Shown: positions 11,774 to 24,981, counted from the first letter of the stretch. The stretch is 64,000 bases of DNA from Paragordius varius (GCA_964247055.1 OZ176058.1:2232001-2296000), one strand, 5' to 3'. The notes: generated by a model not told the origin, from the letters alone. A program made the numbers and translations.

Positions 11774-12482
11774 AAAAATTGCAAAAAACAAAAAATTATT
11801 AAGACAAAACCAGAAAATTTAAAGGCAAATATTTATTTAACTGTATATTATAAATAAAACCATATTTTTCGATCCTTGAGTTTTTTATAAAAAAATGTTA
11901 CTTTTATATGTATACAATTGTGAAATACAGATTAGATTTTACATGTCTAGTATTTATTTCACAAGTGCAAACATATATAGGAAAAATCAAGGAATGTGGT
12001 TCTTTTATGTTGCAAAAACAAAAATATTAGCCTTTACTTTTTATATGGTTTGGTCTTTATAGTTTTTAATTATCCTATCCCTCTAAAGAACTTAATTTAA
12101 AATGTAAATAAAATAATTTAATAACTGCAGAATATTTTTTGACACAAACATTCTGAAAACTTTTTGAAAGCATCCGTTTTTTTGCTGATTCATATCTAAC
12201 TATACTGCATTGCACGAAACATTTCTATCATTATTATACCATTATTGAATTATAAATATTAATATTGTTAATCATATATTATATGTATGGAAGGAATATT
12301 AATAAATTTATTAGTTATTACATAAATTATTTCACATGATATATTATTTTGCGACGTTGAACATTTTTAAAAGTTTTGTGAACTTCTGAAAATCAATGTT
12401 TTTTTAAAGTTTTGTAAACTTTTTATTAATAATCATCTAATATGCGGTAATTTTTTAAACATTTTTTATTTTAAAATATAAA

Positions 12483-12979
12483 TTATGTCATATCCATTAA
12501 TATATTGCCATTTGTAGTTATATCTACATCTGGAGTAATTTTGTTTTGTCCGTTTTGATAGTCAGCTGTTTTTGAGGGTGAATTTGTGCATGTATTCATA
12601 GCATCACCTGATTGCGGGGTATGTATAGAATTTTCTAGAACTTTTTTGGGTGACCAATCGATAGGGAATTTGGTGACACGTGGATTCGTTGCCAAAATGT
12701 TTCGTTGTAACTAAACAAAAATATTAATAAATTTTTTTGAAAAATAAAATTTAGTTTTGAAAATCGAATAAATATCTTTAAATTAATTTTAAATATTAAA
12801 AATTTAGATTAATATATAATTTTTATAAAAAAGTTTAAAACTTATCTATCTTTTAAAATCGAATATATATGTTTAAATTAATTTCATTAATATGAAAAAT
12901 GTAAATTAAATTATTATTTTTCGTAAAAAAATTCAAATATCTTAAAACTAATTCTTATATTTAATCAATATTGACAATT

Positions 12980-13016
<37 letters not shown>

Positions 13017-13936
13017 AATTGAAATTATACACGGACAAAATGTAATAATATAAAGACAAATGTCTTATTAAAAAATATCTAACTATACTTTAAACTTTAA
13101 TTTTATTATAATTTTTATTTACCTACAAATGTAATGTATAACTGGTTGTGTTGTTGTCAAAATAAATCACTACTAGCGATTTTTTAAATTTTTTTTATTT
13201 TATTTAATATTATTTTCAATATCGTTTATATATACCATTTGCACTTCATGAGTGTCCTTGAACACCATTTCAAGTTGGTCCTTAAAATTTATTAATTTTG
13301 ATTTGACCATAATTTTTGCATTTATTTTTTTATTTTATTATTTATTAACCTAATTTTCTTTATTATATATTAATTCATTTAAAAATAAAAAATTTTATTG
13401 GAAAATTACTTTTTTTGTATCAAACTATTTTTTTTTCAATTGAACAAAATTATTGACTTTTAAATGTGTTTAATAGAAATTTTTAAAAAATAAGCCAGAA
13501 AACTTAAATATTTTTTTTTCATTTCGTGTTAAAATCTTATAAATATCCAAAATTATTTTAAGAAATTAATAAAGATATACGGTTTCTCAAAGATTAAAAG
13601 TTGATATCGATTTAAAATTTATGTTAAATAATAGAAAATAGGTTAAAAACAATAAAATAGATGAATTATTTACGATTTTATTGATAAAAGTTAAAAACAA
13701 AACAAAAAAGTTAAAGGACCAACTTGAATTGTTCAAGGACACGCTTGAAGTGCAAATGGTATATATACAGTAGCGTATGGAGTATAACAATATTAGTCCA
13801 TAGTAGAATAAAATTTTTTTTTAAAATAAACAAGGGGATATTATACACATGTGTATTTACAACTAGGATTGTTTTTAAAAAAAAACATTTTTTTATTCTT
13901 TTATGGACTAATATTGTTTTACTCCATACGCCACTG

Positions 13937-13985
<49 letters not shown>

Positions 13986-16900
13986 TCTCGAATAAAATTG
14001 CAATATAGTTTACATTATAAAATAAACATTCATTAAGTTCTGGATCCGTGTATACAACATTAACGTCAATTCGTAAAATCATATTTTATTACAATAATGA
14101 CATTTTAATATCTTTGTATAACGAAATCCAAATTATTTAAAATTTTTATGTCAAACATATCAAATTTTATTAGAAATATGAAACAATTTAATATAAAGCA
14201 TTAAACTTTAGCAAAATCAATTTTTTCCCGTTGGTTTTCTTCAATCAGGATCCGTGTATTCAATATTAACGTAAAAATTCCTTCAAAATTATCATTAATA
14301 ATTATGTTAAACATTTTTATTATAAAATTTTTATATCAAAACTCCAAATATGATTTCGTTGAATAATTTGCCAAATTTTCTTAGAAATTTGAAAAATCTC
14401 TTAGATATTAAAAATTTTCAATATAAAAAACTAAAAACTATAGCGAAATCAATTTTATCCGGTGGGTTTTCTTCGAGTTCAGGATCCGTGTATTCAATAT
14501 TAACATAATAACCAATTTGTAAAAATTATCATTAATAATTATGTTACACATATTTTATTTTAAGTTTTTTATATCAAAATCTAAAATACAATTTCGTTAA
14601 ATAATGTATCAAATTTTTTTCGTAAATATTAAAAATCTCATAGATATTAAAAAATTTTCTTAGAATATGAAAAACTAAAAAAACTTTAGTGAAATCAATT
14701 TTTTCCGGCGGATTTTCTTTGAGTTCAGGATCCGTGTATTCAATATTAATGAAATACAGAATTAGTAATTATTCCTTCAAAATTATGATTAATAATTATG
14801 TTAAACATTTTTATTATAAGATTTTTATATACTCAAATACGATTTCGTTGAATAATTTATCAAACTCGGAATTTTAAAAATTTCTTATTTATATTAAATA
14901 ATTTACAATATAAAAAACTAAAAACTAAATCAATTTTTTTCCGGTGGGTTTTCTTTGAGTTCAGGATCCGTGTATTCAATATTAACGTAAAAATTCCTTT
15001 AAATTATCATTAAAATTATGTTAAACATAATTTAATATAAGTTTTATATATTAAAACTCCAAAATGCAATTTCGTTGAATAATTTATCAATTTTTCTTAA
15101 ATTTTAAAAATCTCTTAGATAGGTTAAAAAATATTTTTAATATAAAAACTAAAAAAACTTTGGCAAAATTAATTTTATCCGGTGGGTTTTCTTTAAGTTC
15201 AGGATCCGTGTATTCAATATTAACGTAAAAACCCTTTAAAATTATCATTAATAATTAAGTTAAACACATTTTATTATAAAATTTTTATATAAGAATTCAA
15301 AATACGAATTCGATAAATAATTTACCAAATTTAATCGGAAATTCAAAAATTTCTTAGATATATTAAAAAATTTTAGCATAAAAAAATAAAAACTTTATCA
15401 AAATCAATTTTTTCCGGTGGGTTTTCTTTAAGTTCAGGGTCCGTGTATACAATTTTAACGTAATAACCAATTAGTAATTATTCCTTTAAAATTATCATTA
15501 AAATTATGTTAAACATTTTTATTAAAAGTTTTTTATACCAAAACTCAAAATACGATTTCGTTGAAAAAATTATCAAATTTTCTTAGAAATTTTAAAAACT
15601 CTTAAATAGGTTAAAAAAATTTCAATATACAAAACTAAAAACTTTTGTAAAATCAATTTTATCCGGTGGGTTTTCTTTGAGTTCAGGATCCGTGTACTCA
15701 ATATTAACGTAATAACCAATTCGTAAAAATTCTTTTTCCCTGTAAGAACAGGTAAGCAGGACTACAGTCACTCCAATAACATCTTCAGTTGGAATTTTAC
15801 TAGTTTCTGGCGCTGGTGACTATATTTTTGCCAAAAAAACCAAATTAAAAATACAGTAAAAATTGAAATTATACGGACAAAACGTTAAAAGACAACCCCT
15901 TAATTATCTTATAAGTTATTTAGTTACAATTGTATATATAGAATTAATTGTGTTAGTATTTATGTTTAGAATTGTCAAACATACGTTTTTAATTGTTTAC
16001 AATAAATAGGCTATTATTATTTTAAGGCTTAAAAATGCGCATGTTGAAAGTTAACATATCAAACATCATAACAATTAAAAACAAAGTAAAATCAATTAAA
16101 AACGTATGTTTGACTATTCTAAACATACATGACTGTATGAATGAGTTATATTTATATAAATCTAGATTTAAAAAGCATGGTTGACTTTTAGAAAAAAATC
16201 ATTTGTGTTTATATTTTTAGGTTTTGTCCGTTTAATTTTAGGTTTCACTGTATATATGACAATATAATTATAGGTAAAAATGTTAATAAAAAAGTAATTT
16301 AAATGAAATTAGGTTTTTATCAAAGATTTCAATAAAAAAAATTTAATGCATAATTATATTTTCACTATAAAAGCTTAGGTATAATATATATTATCAAAAA
16401 TATATTTAAAAATAAATAAATTTTATATTTTACAAATCATATAAAGACAAAACGTAAAAAGTGGCAGCAGACGATCATCTAAAGAATAAAAAACCTTATT
16501 TTTAAACACATGATATTATCCAAATAACCTATATTAAACTAAGTGTGTACGTATTTAAATATTTATTTAGAAGCTGGATATAAAAATATATGTTTCTTTT
16601 TTCATATTTTTGTTTTGTCTTTATATAAAAAATATTTAGAATTAAAATAAATTTAAATAAAAGCCGTTATTAGATATTATTTAATCATTTTATAGATAAT
16701 CGATAGCTTTTCATAATTGTTTAGGGTGTTGTATAATATTGTTAACATAATTTTATATATTAAAAAATGACTAAAGAAACCTACGGAGAGAAAAATCTTA
16801 AATAATTACATATTATTTAAAATTATTCATTAATCAAGAGAAGAATGATGTTAAAATGGATAATTTTATATAAAAAGTTTATAAACAGTAAAAAGTAAAA

Positions 16901-17384
16901 TTTTTAGATTGTATATTATATAATAAATGTTGAATTCGATATATCTTTTAAAATTCATTATAACAAACCCAAAAATCAAAAAAAACCTGAAATAAAAATT
17001 TATGCGTTCCGGCGGGTATTGGACCCACAAGAACAGAATCTAACACTTGATCGTATTCTTCGCTTTCTGCTGAACCCACATAAATTATTTTCCATTCCAA
17101 ATCTAAGGTTTAAATTTATATTTTAAGGCTAATTATGGTGATATAATCATTTTAAACTAATTTTATTATATAATATTTGTGACTAAAATATAAACATAAT
17201 AAAAAGACAAACCCCAAACCCGCTTATTGATGGCGATTATAATTATAATTTAAAATTATTGTAACGCAAAAATACCTTCACACAAATCTTCAAAGCTATC
17301 GAATGTGATTTCGAATTGGAATTGATTTGCGAATGAACAGGGATTATCTAAAACATTGACATTCAACACATTAACTTTGGACAT
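12483..17384 (-). CDS. ASF1: Histone H3-H4 chaperone ASF1, 209 aa, 4 exons
   Basis: Exons (minus) 17384-17276, 17102-16987, 15819-15643, 12710-12483 (109/116/177/228 nt). Translation [15 protein letters not shown]...[32 protein letters not shown]...[23 protein letters not shown]...[19 protein letters not shown] is the ASF1 signature. Confidence 0.97.
13235..13759. mobile_element. MITE with TIR CCATTTGCACTTCA...TGAAGTGCAAATGG, TATA-flanked
   Basis: About 60-bp imperfect TIRs with TATA on both sides. Termini are related to the 4953-5266 family; a decayed relative lies at about 50440-50960. Confidence 0.82.
13768..13936. mobile_element. Tc1-like MITE (TA|CAGT(A/G)GCGTATGGAG...CTCCATACGCCACTG|TA)
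   Basis: About 35-bp TIR and TA flanks, abutting a (TA)n tract. Confidence 0.85.
14030..15720 (-). repeat. Tandem array (period about 240 bp) of ASF1 exon 3 3' end plus donor (7 intronic copies)
   Basis: Minus-strand GTTAATATTGAATACACGGATCCTGAACTCAAAGAAAACCCACCGGA..AAAATTGATTT..AAA|GTTTTT copies at about 15394, 15159, 14925, 14685, 14439, 14207 and 14030; the true junction is 15643/15642. Confidence 0.95.
15854..16250. mobile_element. TA-flanked MITE (CAGT(A/G)AAA...CGGACAAAAC) with a nested second MITE, in ASF1 intron 2
   Basis: TA|CAGTAAAAATTGAAATTATACGGACAAAAC ... GTTTTGTCCGTTTAATTTTAGGTTTCACTG|TA. The inner segment at about 15960-16134 matches the 9011-9201 family. A copy without that insert lies at about 48240-48523. 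Confidence 0.8.
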
Positions 17385-17400
17385 ATGGATGATTGCAAAA

Positions 17401-17687
17401 TTTGGCGGCGCTAACCAAATGTAAAATGGTAAAAGGCACAGTTGTTTATAAAATGAATTTTTTTATATAAAACTTTCCGAATACATGAATTGGCTCACCA
17501 ATAATATTTAATTTATTTCAATCCGAGAGTGTATTAATAATTGTTGGCATAATTATGTCTGCAAGTCATTTTACACTTAGAAATTACAAGATAGTTGACA
17601 ACGTGAGGCTTTTTAAAATTAACTAACATAAAGAATAAACCAATAAATATGTTTACGAGTTGTTTTATAATTCTACATTTTTGGCGC
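17401..17687. promoter_or_regulatory. Two E2F-type sites upstream of ASF1
   Basis: TTTGGCGG at 17401-17408 and TTTGGCGC at 17680-17687 match TTTSSCGS and are rare GC-rich words in this background. ASF1 genes are known S-phase/E2F targets. Motif match only. Confidence 0.45.
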
Positions 17688-20645
17688 TTTGCATAAATAT
17701 ATGCCAAACAAATTCACATTTAACTGCGCTTTAAAATCAGGAGATAAAAAAATATTCTGACGAAAAAAGTCTGATAAATTACAGGATTATTATGGTTCTT
17801 TTGGTTTTGGCCTTCACGAGTGTAAGGTTTACATTTTTTGGCTACTGCTCCATATCAGAATATAGTGAAATTTACGCACCTTTTGTAAATAAAATTTTCA
17901 ATGAAAAAATGCTTCATCAACACTTCATTATCATTTCAATTTTTTGTCCCAGTATACATATTGGAGTATTTTATATCCCAAAGCTCAATTTCCTAAATAA
18001 ACTATTGTTGTCATATATTGATATACAGTTTTTAATTTCCAGAGTTTAAAATTTAGATAGCGTCAAGATACACTTGAAACTAACAAAAAATCAAAATATA
18101 TCAAGTTTTTGTAAAATGTATGGTAAAAGCTTTTCGCTTCGATTTAAATTGGGCTCTAAATACCCAAGACTATATTTATAATATTTCATAAAAAATACTT
18201 TAAACTTCTATCCTATAAAAATTATATAAATAAGCCAAATATTTGAATAAAAGTTTTAAAAGCAATTCCATATCAAACTACTTTAACTTCATTTCTATTT
18301 TGTAACATTTTTGTAAAATATTATGTTTATGTTAGGCCAAAATTAAATGTACCCCTTTATTAAAATTACAAATTTTGACAAAACAAAAAAAAGTGGTAAA
18401 CTTAACATTATTATTTTATATGCGCACAAATTATGGTGGCAAAGTTTTTACAATTGGGTTTAACTTAATATTTTGATAAACAATCACTAAATTCAATTTA
18501 GGATAGTACTCAGACCTGTAAATGAAACAATTCGAAATATATAGAATGAAACTATGGCAAAAATTTGCACATTAGAACATTAATGAACCGAAATATACAA
18601 AAAAGTTTATTTGAAAATATATTTAAAGTCTACGCGTGTGCATTGGCTAAATTTAAATATAATACAAAATACACCGCTTTTTCTTTTCCCAGTGTTAAAT
18701 GTGATTTTAAAAAAATTAGTTTTCATTTAAAATCAAATAATCACGATTAATTGCAGAATGTTGTGAAATAAAATGGCGTCAGAGTATTTCGTTATGCAAC
18801 TTTTTTTCACAACTGAATTGTATATTAATTCTTTGGCTTGTCTATATAATTTTTATAAAATTAAAGCATAAATTAATATTTGGATCGTTTCGTTCAATAT
18901 TTTATAAAAATTTCAACTTATATATATTAGAAGGTATTTAGATAATCCAATTTGAATCGAAGTATTAATAATATCACTATTTGACTTTTTTTATATTTCG
19001 GTTCATTATCATTTTCCAACCACATATCTTTTGACTGTTACATTAGCTATTAAAAAATTATAAAAAATGGCGACAAAAGGATTTACAATTATACACTTTT
19101 AAAAATTTGTGTAATGCGCCTAGAATAATAAAAACGCATGTTTTTACTTGATCCTTAAATACTTTTTAAGATATCGAATTTCATATTTTGGTATATAAAA
19201 CCACCCTAAATAATAGAGTGTCAATACATACATAAAAAGGAGTTAAAAATATATGGATAAAAAGCTTCTGATTACAGAAATTAAATGCATTTGATTTTGA
19301 GGATAGGCACTTATTTAACAAAGTTTTATCTGATTTAAAGATAGATGGATCAACATAAGATTAACGCGCACAGTGCACACACATACCTAAAATATGGTTA
19401 TGAAAAAATATATCAGGATTCTCATGGTGCTTTCGGTTTTGAATACTTTGAATAAATTTTTTTGGTGAAAGCTTTTATTCCAAGAAATATATTTATACTA
19501 CACGGCCTCCGAAATCGGGGGCACGATAAAATAGCCTGATGAAATATATATTTTAGTAGATGAATCTAACAGAATTATTATGCCTACTTTTGGGGATTAC
19601 GAGTGATATTAGAAAGTTATTCACACTTTTCTGCAGAGTTCTCTTATATTAGAAAATGGCAGAGTTTTCCCTATTTAATATTTTTTTGGTGAAAGCCAAA
19701 TGCTTCAATCATCCAATAAATCTCACTATATCATAAACTATCTATAAAAAGGTAAACAATATTTTCAAAAATTTTAATTTTTAGATGCCTTCGAAAGTCC
19801 CGAATTTTTTGCTGCTAATATAAGCTGGTTCTTTCAAATAAATGCAAAAATGCAGGAGCACGATGAAAATTTTAAATGAAATTCTAAATTTTGACATCAA
19901 CAAAATATTTTTTATGATACATACTTTTCAAAGATCTAATTTATAGCCATGTTAAAATCTTATTTAGGCATATGGAAACTGACGACGGATCAGTTTAAAT
20001 CAAAATATTCCGCCTTCAAATTTATGTATAACTTACAAATTATTTTTTACAAAAATTCATATTTAACATACTAACCATTAAATATTAATTCTTAGGTCAT
20101 GGAAATGTTTATCATAATCGAATTATTAAAAACTGTTATTATATCATAAAGTTTTAACGTTTCCAAAATCGCCTCACTAAATTTTACTATATATTAAATA
20201 TTTTAAACTTACATCGAGGCCATAACTCAAATATCTCAATAAATATTTTTACTATTGAATTTAAAAATATTCTCTCTTTAGCCTTTTGAACGGGTAAAAC
20301 ACTTTTAAAGTGCCATTTTTTTAAGTTTTTTTCTAGTCGCTAATGCAACAGGCATATAGATTTGGTTAAAAAATATAAATTATTAGGGCGCGGGCTACAC
20401 TTTATACCACGTGTAACGCTTGGAAAATCACTCTGATGTCCATACCACCAAAGTTATATATTAACATTTTTCATAACCATTTTACTGATGAGTTTTATTC
20501 TTGAAAAAAAAACTGGTTTGAAAGTTGGTAAAATTAATTTAATTATCTAACATTATTCTCCTATAATAAATAAAAAAACTTGTATTTTATATATCATTTT
20601 GTAATTCAAAAGTCTAAAATTGGGACAGCTTCGAAACACGATTAA

Positions 20646-21207
20646 CACTTAGATTCAAATTGGGGTATGTAAATACCCCAGACTAATTTTAATTAGGATT
20701 TTTAAAAAACTGAATGAAACGGACCCAATTTAAATTTATGCTTCTATCCCTATAAAAATTACATAAATATGCCAAAATATGTAAATAAAATTTTGTTTTG
20801 AAAAAAAAGTTCCATCTCAAACTACTTTGACGCCATTTTTATTTTATATTTTTTTTGCAAAATATCGTCTTCATTTAATATTAAGGATAAAATTAAAGCT
20901 AATATCTTATTTAAATTACATATACATTAATAAAAATAGAAAAAGCCGTTTATTTTGTAATATTTTTCAATTTTATCATTGCACAGATGTCAGGTTGACT
21001 AAAACCTCTCGCTTTTAGCTTGAAATAAGTAAAGTTGAATAAAACTTTTGATATATTTTGGTTTATTAATGTTATATAAGTGCAAAATTTTGCAATGGTT
21101 TTAATTCCTTCCATATATTTTAAATAATTTAATTTCAAACAGGCCTGGGGTATTTAACTACCCCAATTTGAATCGAAGGACTAAAATGAATGTGTTGTAT
21201 CCAAGTG
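20646..21207. mobile_element. TTAA-flanked MITE (piggyBac-like target), inserted only in repeat unit 1
   Basis: TTAA|CACTTAGATTC ... GTATCCAAGTG|CTAA. The homologous site at about 27590 and 40495 lacks the insert. Confidence 0.75.
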
Positions 21208-22643
21208 CTAAAATAAACAGCTCATTTAATTCATATTAAATTGATGGAAAAATATAAGTTGAAAGCTAACTAATGTTAATTATTTCTATTTTTCGACCAT
21301 AATTCATTTAATTTTTTGCATTAGCGATATAAAAATGCTTATGAAAAAATGACGACAAAAAAGCTTTAGATCAGGGTTATTTTACAATTCATATTTAAAA
21401 AAAAATTGTGGAGAAAACTATTTTTATAATCGACTTACTACCTTATATACTTTTTGAGATAACGCAGCTACAAATCGTTCTAAGATATAAAACTACGTCA
21501 AAAAGTGATGATGTAATGGTAATTTTTTTTGTCCGCTTAAAAAGAAAACTTATTTTTAGAATCTACTAACTACCCCTTATATACTTTTGATGATGCAATT
21601 ACAAATTGTCTTTATAAAATTACGTCAAAGGTAATGATAAAATAAAAATTTTTTAAATCATATCCACCTTAAAGGCTAAAGAAAACACTTTTTAAAATAT
21701 GCATACTACCTTAAATAATTTTTAAGATAATTAAATTATAAATCGTTGTGAGATTTAAAACTAGGCCAAAAGGTGATGATTAAATGTTAATTTTGTTAAA
21801 ATAAAAATTTTTTTGCTTTTCATTATTTTTTTAATATACAAATGTTTATCTTACTGTATATGAAATGAAAAAAGAGACCCACTAATTATACACAATATAA
21901 GGAAAAATGAACCCACACTTTTATTGAAATATTAATGAAGTTTGGTAAATTATTTAAAATTTTAAAAGCGCCCGGAATTTTCAAATTTACATGTGTATTA
22001 AAGCCGTAAGAAGTTACAAGAACGCCATCTAGTTTACCATAGTTTTAGGCAATACAATGGATGGGGTGATAAAATTTTTGACTTGATTTGCAAGTTTCTC
22101 AAGTCATGGCTTGCTTTCATGTGAAAAAAAATTAACATTAGAGGAAGTAAGTCTAGCAAGAAAACTTGATTTGTAGCGATAAAAATCATATAATCATGTA
22201 AAACTTAAAGAATTTTAAAGCGTGGTGTAGGGCATAGGTTTTAAAATATGGATAACATTATTTTAAATTCATGTATTTAATTTCGGTTTTCTATGTAATT
22301 TATATTGTTAATGTTTTAAACTGTTTATTTGATAATTTTTGGCCAATTAACCTATGCAAATTGGGTGGATATAAAAGAGGACAAATTTTTAGAAAACTCT
22401 GCTAATATTTAAGAATAATGCATATAAAAATATGCGAAATTATTAACGTAAACCCAAAAAATAAAATGATTCACGAAAATATCTTAAAATTAATATTAAA
22501 GTATTAATCTTATTTAAATTTTCGAATCCTCGATAAAAGCTTAAGATCACCATTAAAACATGTAAAAAGTGTTTCATCTAAATTTATTTCAAACTAGCGT
22601 AAATCTCGTCTTGCTACGCAGCTCGAGGAAGTCCTTCGGAATT

Positions 22644-22674
<31 letters not shown>

Positions 22675-24739
22675 TATTTGAAGAAAGTAATCAATAAAAT
22701 GATCCATATATGTGGATTATTTCGAAACACATAATAGATATGATCTCATAGGATTTCTAAACGGGGCATTCATACTAAAATATTGTTTAGTGGTCTAAAG
22801 CCCCCAATTTGACGGGCGAAAAACCGCTATACTATAATTTTTACCTTTTTATGAGTAATATTTAAAGCCTTTATTGAACTCGTAAGGCTTCTTAAGAGTT
22901 TTGAAAATTAGCTCCAAAGCCACGCCATTTTTGTATGGCGTCTTAGTTTTAAACCGGTAGACCCCTATCCATAGGCCTATATGGAAAAAGCGCTAAATAA
23001 AATTTTTTTCTTTTATAGAGCAAATATTTGGAATCATCTTTGATACCATAGTCTCATGGGTTATTCGAAAAAATACCTCAACACTAAATAATCGTTATAT
23101 GATGGCGTATTTTTAGGGCATAAAGGCCCCAAATTAACGGCTAATAAAAAGGACTTGACCTTAATTTTTAACTAGTTACGGGTACTATTTCGAACTTTAA
23201 ATAAGCTCATATGGCATCGGTTTTCTTTTTTAGTTCCTAAACAATGCAATTTCTATATAGTGGCGCAGTTTTAGTCGGGTAGCTTCTTACCCAGAGGCTG
23301 ATACAAAAAAGCGCTTTCTAAAATTTTTACTTATTCTCTCATAAGTTTTGGGCAAAATTGCCTCAAAATTGAAAAATCATTCTATGGTGGCGCATTTTTC
23401 AGGGTGTGAAGGGCCTAATTAACGGCTGATTTAAAAAACCGCACGATCTAAATTTTTCCCTTGTTAAGGGTAATACTTTAAGCAGCTAATGAATTGATAT
23501 GGCCTGATAAGTTAAATTTCGCCCCAAAGGCACGCTATTTCGATATGACGGGTCAGTTTTTAGCGGGTATCTCCTTACCCAGCAGCCAATATAAAAGAAC
23601 CGCTTGACTAAAATTTTTGCCTTTTAACAGTGAATATATGGAATCCTTATTAAATTTTTATGGTCTCATACTTTGGGCGAATAATCGATTTAAAAAAAGA
23701 TTTTTGTGGACTTAGTTTTTTTGAAAAAATGGCATTTTACGGTGGGAGCAAAGGGAGCGAATTAAAAAAGAGAGCCGACCATGTTCGGCACAATCGCAAA
23801 AGTAAAAAAAAGTATATTGGAATTGAATGGTCCAACATGGTTTCCGGAAATCCGTCCCAAATACAAGATTTTTGTGGACTTGTGTTTTCAAAAAAAACCG
23901 TTTTTTACACCGGGTGGATCCGAACTGGGGGCCTAATTCAAAAAAGGGCGAAGCTATTGTCGGGGCATTCATTAGTGGTTATACTTTTTCCGAAATTTGG
24001 ATTTAAAAGAGTCTACCGGTTTTCCGAAAACAGATCATTATGCCACCACTTATCATTTTTATAAATATATATAGATTTTTTGAAGTATGCGCCTCAAAAG
24101 CTAAAGAAAGTATATTTCATATTACATTAAATATTTATGATATAATCAATTTTCAAATCGTTTTGATATATAAATCAAAAGCCAAAAGGTGTGATGAATT
24201 GTTAATTTTATTTGAATAAAAATTTTCTCTGTTTTTTTCCCATTACCAAATCACTTCGTTGTCCATGAATAAAAAATGACACCGACTGATCATACAATAT
24301 ATAACGAGAAAAAATGAACTCATAAATTTTTTAACATAATTAATAGAGTTTTGTAAAACAAATTAAATTAAAAATACACCGGAATTTTCTTAAAATATTA
24401 TAATCAAATTTATACATAAAAATGCGCCATCTACTTTTTAATAGTTTCAGGCCATACATTGAAACAAATATGCTTGCCTCAAAGTTGTTTAAACATGTTA
24501 AAGCTTATATTTTTTTGGTTTATGTGTAATAAATACGTAACTTGTCATCCAATTATATCTGAAAAAAATATATAAAAGGAATATTTCCAATAATTTATTT
24601 ATATTTAAGCCTTAATTTTCATGTAATTTATCATGGGTGACAAAACTACAATTAATATCTAGTTGAATTGGTAACATACTTGATTACAATTTAATATACA
24701 ATGTAACCATTTGTGTATAGAAAAAAACAAAATTTAAAA

Positions 24740-24981
24740 CAGGGGTGCGCTTTACAAAATATAAATAATATTTATTTTTGCAAATTTGCTGATATAATCT
24801 TTCCGAATTTTGACAATGAACTAACTAGCAAATAATTGTTAAAATAAATAGTGGTTTTCATGGTCTGGTGTTTGAAATCTAATAATATATTTATTAATTC
24901 CCATATATTTTAAGAAAGCGGCATTGTCGGATTTTTAGATCCGAAAATACGGCCGACGAGCCAATTGTGTTGAGCACCCCT
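24740..24981. mobile_element. hAT-like MITE remnant (CAGGGGTG...GTTGAGCACCCCT)
   Basis: The ends resemble hAT MITE termini. A homolog lies at about 31015-31258, and end fragments at about 9361-9395, 47420-47480 and 47930-47995. No clear 8-bp TSD seen. Confidence 0.45.

Noticed and set aside
13587-14082. Four overlapping ORFs of 61-123 aa
   Set aside because: They run through MITE TIRs, a (TA)n tract (YIYIYI) and one decayed ASF1 exon copy.
17792-18049. 85-aa ORF upstream of ASF1
   Set aside because: It has no recognisable motif on either strand and no splice partners. It may be a decayed element, but this is unsupported.
23660-24064. 134-aa ORF and its counterparts at 29788-29991, 36849-37173 and 43812-43994
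   Set aside because: The homologous segments in the four units do not preserve frame or length, and no protein motif is present.
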